64,000 nt of DNA from a virus, in IMG/VR virus record IMGVR_UViG_3300005613_002762, positions 64,001 through 128,000 of that record; one strand, written 5' to 3'. The notes under the pieces were generated by a model. The model was not told the origin of the DNA, ran no database searches, and worked only from the letters and a program-made list of their open reading frames with translations. Within the stretch, counting starts at the first letter, position 1; every line of letters starts with the position of its first letter. This document shows, piece by piece, positions 60,360 to 64,000 of this stretch. A program made the translations under genes and the position numbers.

Positions 60360-60698
60360 TTAATTTACCAAACACTTTATAAAATATTTTTTACCAATTT
60401 TTTCTAACTTTCCAACATAGTCGTTTTTGTGATCAATTCCTGTCCAAAAACCGCTACCATCACTCCAAAGACCACGTTTATTATTTTTATAAACTTCTTC
60501 ACCAAATGTAATGTAATCAGGCTGATCGTGCTCAAGTAAAAATGTTGCTCTTGTCATTTCACGTTTTTCTTGTGGTGTGTAATTTCCTGACCAATCTTGT
60601 TTACATAAAAAAGTAGCTTCACCAACCTTAACTTCTTGTCCATTAAGAATTGCTTTTTTATCTAATTTTTTCTTGTAAGTGTAAATGTAAGTTCCCAT
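60360..60698 (-). CDS. Hypothetical phage protein
   Basis: 112 aa; TATATTTG at 60716-60723. Confidence 0.7.
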   Translation of the reverse strand: MGTYIYTYKKKLDKKAILNGQEVKVGEATFLCKQDWSGNYTPQEKREMTRATFLLEHDQPDYITFGEEVYKNNKRGLWSDGSGFWTGIDHKNDYVGKLEKIGKKYFIKCLVN

Positions 60699-60769
60699 AT
60701 GTTTTATTGTTTCTACAAATATATGGACTTCATTTCAATTGGCCAAATATTTTGTAAAATATTTTAAAA

Positions 60770-60802
60770 CAAAAAACCCCTCTTTTTTGAAGAAGGGGTT
60801 AT
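60770..60802 (-). terminator. Intrinsic terminator
   Basis: AACCCCT...AGGGGTT with an A-run. Confidence 0.7.
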
Positions 60803-60843
60803 TTGACAATACGGGATGATAATGATTGTGTAAGTCTTTTTTT

Positions 60844-61362
60844 TTAATCTTGGGATTTCTTTGGATACATTATATGTTCTAAATAACTTGTGTATTCAAA
60901 ATTTAAAACACTAAGAACGTCCTTAATCCCTGATTCTATTTCTGAATTTTCACCAACTAAGTCATATTTTCTTTCATAATGATCAATTAATTCTTCGAAA
61001 AGTTTCCCAATTTTTTTAATGTTTGTATTTTTCAAATCAATCAACTCTTCTTGTTCGTTTTTTGAAAGTTCGTCATATTCGATTTCATCATCAAATCTTT
61101 TTGATGGTCTTCGTGTATATTTAGACATGTTCTTTTTTCTCCAAAGATTATAACTGTGTTGGATATCGTTATAACGTAAATAATTTTCTGGATTCATTTT
61201 TCCTAAAATATGTCCATTGAGTAATTTTAACAAATCCATTTTAAAATTTTCAATTTCTTCATCTGTAATTACTTTGTAAATTTCAGAGATGGATCCTTCC
61301 ATAATCACACGTCTAATAATACGAGCAAGATCTGATTCTGTAAGTCTTATAATTTTTTTCAT
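60844..61362 (-). CDS. Hypothetical protein with a conserved leader (putative internal head protein)
   Basis: MKKIIRLTESDLARIIRRVIME. Confidence 0.7.
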   Translation of the reverse strand: MKKIIRLTESDLARIIRRVIMEGSISEIYKVITDEEIENFKMDLLKLLNGHILGKMNPENYLRYNDIQHSYNLWRKKNMSKYTRRPSKRFDDEIEYDELSKNEQEELIDLKNTNIKKIGKLFEELIDHYERKYDLVGENSEIESGIKDVLSVLNFEYTSYLEHIMYPKKSQD

Positions 61363-61388
61363 GAATTATTTTTATTATAAATATATTG

Positions 61389-61535
61389 TTAATTTATTAA
61401 AATTATACTATAAGGACATTTTACGTTTCTTGGTAAACGCAAGAGAGGCATCCAATCGTTCGGTTCAATTTTAATGTACGCATCAATTTTCGCTTGAAAA
61501 TTCACCTCTAATTTTTCTAGTGTTTTAGTTTCCAT
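61389..61535 (-). pseudogene. 48-aa ORF whose first ~30 aa resemble the PaaA N-terminus (gene fragment)
   Basis: METKTLEKLEVNFQAKIDAYIKIEPNDWMP followed by an unrelated tail. Confidence 0.5.
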
Positions 61536-61579
61536 ATTAATAAATACCAACTTAAAATATTAGAAATTACACCTACATA

Positions 61580-62035
61580 TTAACGACAATGAAAATCAGC
61601 CGCCTTTGTTGCAATTTGGTTATCAGGTTTAATATTCGCCTTATAACCCAAAGAATTGACCCACCCAACTGCAGGTCCAACCAATTTTGAACTAAAGTAT
61701 TGTTCTTGAGCGTTATAATCAAGATCAATCTCAAGTTTAACATTTACCTTACTTGTTAAAAAGTTTGCAACCTCAATTGAATAATCCACTTCATTCCATA
61801 ACCTCGTCCACTTATCACGAATTTTTTTAACCTTATGTTTGTGATATATGTAGTGGACTCCTCGGTTTCCATACCGATATGCAATTGCGGTCACATATAC
61901 GGTTGATCTTCTGTGGTTTTGAGAATCAGTTCCGACATGAATTTCAACATAAGGACATTCATTTAAAATATCCAAAGTATGTTTTGATATGTCAGAAACC
62001 GGATCCCCATCAACCTTTCTAAATACTCGGTTCAT
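61580..62035 (-). CDS. RNase H-like YkuK/DUF458 family protein
   Basis: IHVGTDSQ, EIDLDYN, IKPD...ATKAAD. Confidence 0.85.
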   Translation of the reverse strand: MNRVFRKVDGDPVSDISKHTLDILNECPYVEIHVGTDSQNHRRSTVYVTAIAYRYGNRGVHYIYHKHKVKKIRDKWTRLWNEVDYSIEVANFLTSKVNVKLEIDLDYNAQEQYFSSKLVGPAVGWVNSLGYKANIKPDNQIATKAADFHCR

Positions 62036-62312
62036 TAAATTCCCCCTTTTATTATAATTAGATCACCCGAAAGGTTTTATTCTATTAAAGTCTAAAAGTG
62101 TTAAAAAATAGTTCTGGTCAACCACTCGCATCCCACCGATCTGTTGTATCAAATTTTCTGTAGTGCAAACGATTATATCTCCTACTACTCATTATCAACT
62201 CACTCGCCCAAGCCTTGTCCGTTGTGAACTATTTATTACTCACCACATGAGTGGTTGTTTTAGTTTTTCAGAGCAAAAGTAATCATTTTTTGGTAATAAT
62301 TGCTCAGTTTTT

Positions 62313-62693
62313 CTAAAATTTTATTATAACCCCTGTCGTATGAAAAATCTGACTATTACTTAATCCTGTGATAAATGCTCGTTGAAATACTTTCACATTA
62401 GGTGATATGTAAAATCTGGCTCTTATATCATAGGATCCTGCAAATATAATGTCATCTACGGTAAGATCAGAAAATCTGTCTTGAAATGGAACCCTTCTAA
62501 TTTTGGAGCTAATAGATAATTGAAAATTATCATACCCAAGTCTATAAACATAATCACTTTTTGGTTTAAATGTTATTTTACTAAAATTTGTTCTTGCAAT
62601 TGATTGGTAGTCAATTGTTGAATATTGGTTCATCAAAGGTTGAGAAAAACCAATAGACGATAAAAGTAAAAAAATTATAAGTATTTGTTTCAT
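62313..62693 (-). CDS. Secreted/outer-membrane hypothetical protein
   Basis: Signal peptide ending FSQ; beta-strand-like C-terminus ending in F. Confidence 0.65.
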   Translation of the reverse strand: MKQILIIFLLLSSIGFSQPLMNQYSTIDYQSIARTNFSKITFKPKSDYVYRLGYDNFQLSISSKIRRVPFQDRFSDLTVDDIIFAGSYDIRARFYISPNVKVFQRAFITGLSNSQIFHTTGVIIKF

Positions 62694-62697
62694 AGTA

Positions 62698-63195
62698 TTA
62701 TTTTATTTCAAATGCACATCTCATAGGTCGTTTTGTTTTAGTTGCATCTTCAGGGTTTCCAATTACAACACCATCTTTAATTGTAAAAGCGTGACCTTTA
62801 ACTAATACAAAAAAAGTTCCCTTTGGGTTTTGTTTAACAAATGTCCCAACGGTCATGTTTCTTTTTTTAATCTCACCTTTTACTTTAACATCATACATTA
62901 ATGATCTTAACATGTAATCATTGTGTCTTACTCCAAGAGGACAGATTTTTTTACCGTTCACTTTGAGTGAGTTATCTGACATTTTAACAAGTTTAGATAC
63001 GGTTCCGTAAGTTCCTTTTCTTGGTTTTCTTCCAAACTCCTCAGCAACATATTTGTGAGCAAAATCATAAGACACGTCGAATGAAGAAGCAAATGCTCTT
63101 ACAACACAATCATTTGTTTCACCTTTGGCAATTGCGGATTCAGTATATCCTTTAATAGCCTTTCCTGTTTTTTCGTATGGTAGTTCGTTTTTCAT
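62698..63195 (-). CDS. Hypothetical phage protein (NDCVVRA...H motif)
   Basis: NDCVVRAFA and GHAFTIKDG; TATCTTTG promoter at 63200-63207 places the start at MKNEL. Confidence 0.7.
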   Translation of the reverse strand: MKNELPYEKTGKAIKGYTESAIAKGETNDCVVRAFASSFDVSYDFAHKYVAEEFGRKPRKGTYGTVSKLVKMSDNSLKVNGKKICPLGVRHNDYMLRSLMYDVKVKGEIKKRNMTVGTFVKQNPKGTFFVLVKGHAFTIKDGVVIGNPEDATKTKRPMRCAFEIK

Positions 63196-63326
63196 ACTAC
63201 AAAGATACAAAAATTTTTTAAATCAAACCATATTGATTTAATTCGTATAAAAATTTTTCATACTCTTCTGAGGTAATAAACTCGTCGTGGATTTGTTGGT
63301 GTATATCTTCCATAATTTTAAAGTAG

Positions 63327-63400
63327 TGATCCCGTTTGGATTCGAACCAAAGACCTACTGCTTAGAAGGCAGTTGCTCTATCCAGCTGAGCTACGGGACC
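63327..63400 (-). tRNA. tRNA-Arg(UCU)
   Basis: Cloverleaf, loop CTTCTAA. Confidence 0.95.
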
Positions 63401-63415
63401 ATATTTCACATTTTG

Positions 63416-63500
63416 CAGAGGAGGAGGGATTCGAACCCCCGGATCCGTAAAGATCAACGGTTTTCAAGACCGCCTCATTCGACCGCTCTGACACTCCTCT
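63416..63500 (-). tRNA. tRNA-Ser(UGA)
   Basis: Long variable arm, loop CTTGAAA, G73, A1-U72 pair. Confidence 0.93.
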
Positions 63501-63527
63501 AACATTCAAAGAACTAGTATAAATATA

Positions 63528-63998
63528 CTAACTATTATATAATTTGTCAATCAACTCAACATCTATTGGTGAAAATTCTGTAGTTGTTGTCCAACCTTGA
63601 TAAAAGATACTTTCAGGATATCTGTATGAATCATTACATAACCCCAAAGATTGAGTTAATTCTTCACGAAGTAAGTGTTTTTGGGCATCGATTTTAGTTG
63701 TTCTGAAAATATCAACATAAATTAATGAGTAATCTCTATAAATTTCAAAATAACCCCAATTATGAACCAATAACTCCTCACTAACCTGTGGGTATAACTT
63801 ATCAAATGTTTTGTAATCACCCAAATAAATAAAAGTGTTGGCTTCCGATTTATTTGAAACTATCTCAATATTAATTGTTTCGATAATATCGTTAAGTTCC
63901 CCAACAATACGATCCAATTCAGTCATTAGGTAATCTTTTTTGTGACCGTGAACGTAAATCTTAACATCTTCAGTTCGTTTAAAAACATTATGAGATTT
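63528..63998 (-). CDS. DUF2927-like metalloprotease-fold protein, 5' end beyond the window
   Basis: HLLREELTQSLGLCND...SIFYQ; frame open to the window end. Confidence 0.75.
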   Translation of the reverse strand, partial: KSHNVFKRTEDVKIYVHGHKKDYLMTELDRIVGELNDIIETINIEIVSNKSEANTFIYLGDYKTFDKLYPQVSEELLVHNWGYFEIYRDYSLIYVDIFRTTKIDAQKHLLREELTQSLGLCNDSYRYPESIFYQGWTTTTEFSPIDVELIDKLYNS

Positions 63999-64000
63999 AC

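Noticed and set aside
63287-63502. 71-aa plus-strand ORF
   Set aside because: Antisense to tRNA-Arg and tRNA-Ser

Overview
A 64-kb AT-rich segment of a T4-like jumbo phage genome. The host is most likely a Bacteroidota/Flavobacteria cell, based on TAnnTTTG promoters, no Shine-Dalgarno sites and a Bacteroidetes-type bS21. Left to right it holds: (i) minus-strand Pro/Thr-repeat and Cys-rich virion-type genes; (ii) a plus-strand run with a WYL protein, a NUMOD3/Vsr-type endonuclease, and a ~15-kb glycosylation/nucleotide cluster (about 8 glycosyltransferase genes, UDP-sugar dehydrogenase, GDP-mannose-3,5-epimerase-like enzyme, FkbM, TagD, NadE, dUTPase, exonuclease, PhoH), followed by a putative late sigma factor and baseplate-type genes; (iii) the head module (capsid, scaffold, protease, portal, terminase) with rpsU embedded; (iv) an N-domain-less ClpC beside a divergent UvrB/C-motif protein; (v) a stable-RNA district with a tmRNA carrying a non-canonical tag and T-loop, a convergent ~900-nt ornate GOLLD-like RNA with tandem promoters and a boxA-like leader, tRNAs, aberrant tRNA-like genes and other structured RNAs, plus lysis-type genes. 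The best candidates for an undescribed system are the rrn-style expressed giant RNA/tmRNA/ClpC/bS21 translation-proteostasis module, and mucin-like virion proteins co-encoded with a glycan pathway. All family calls are from motif recognition, not database searches.
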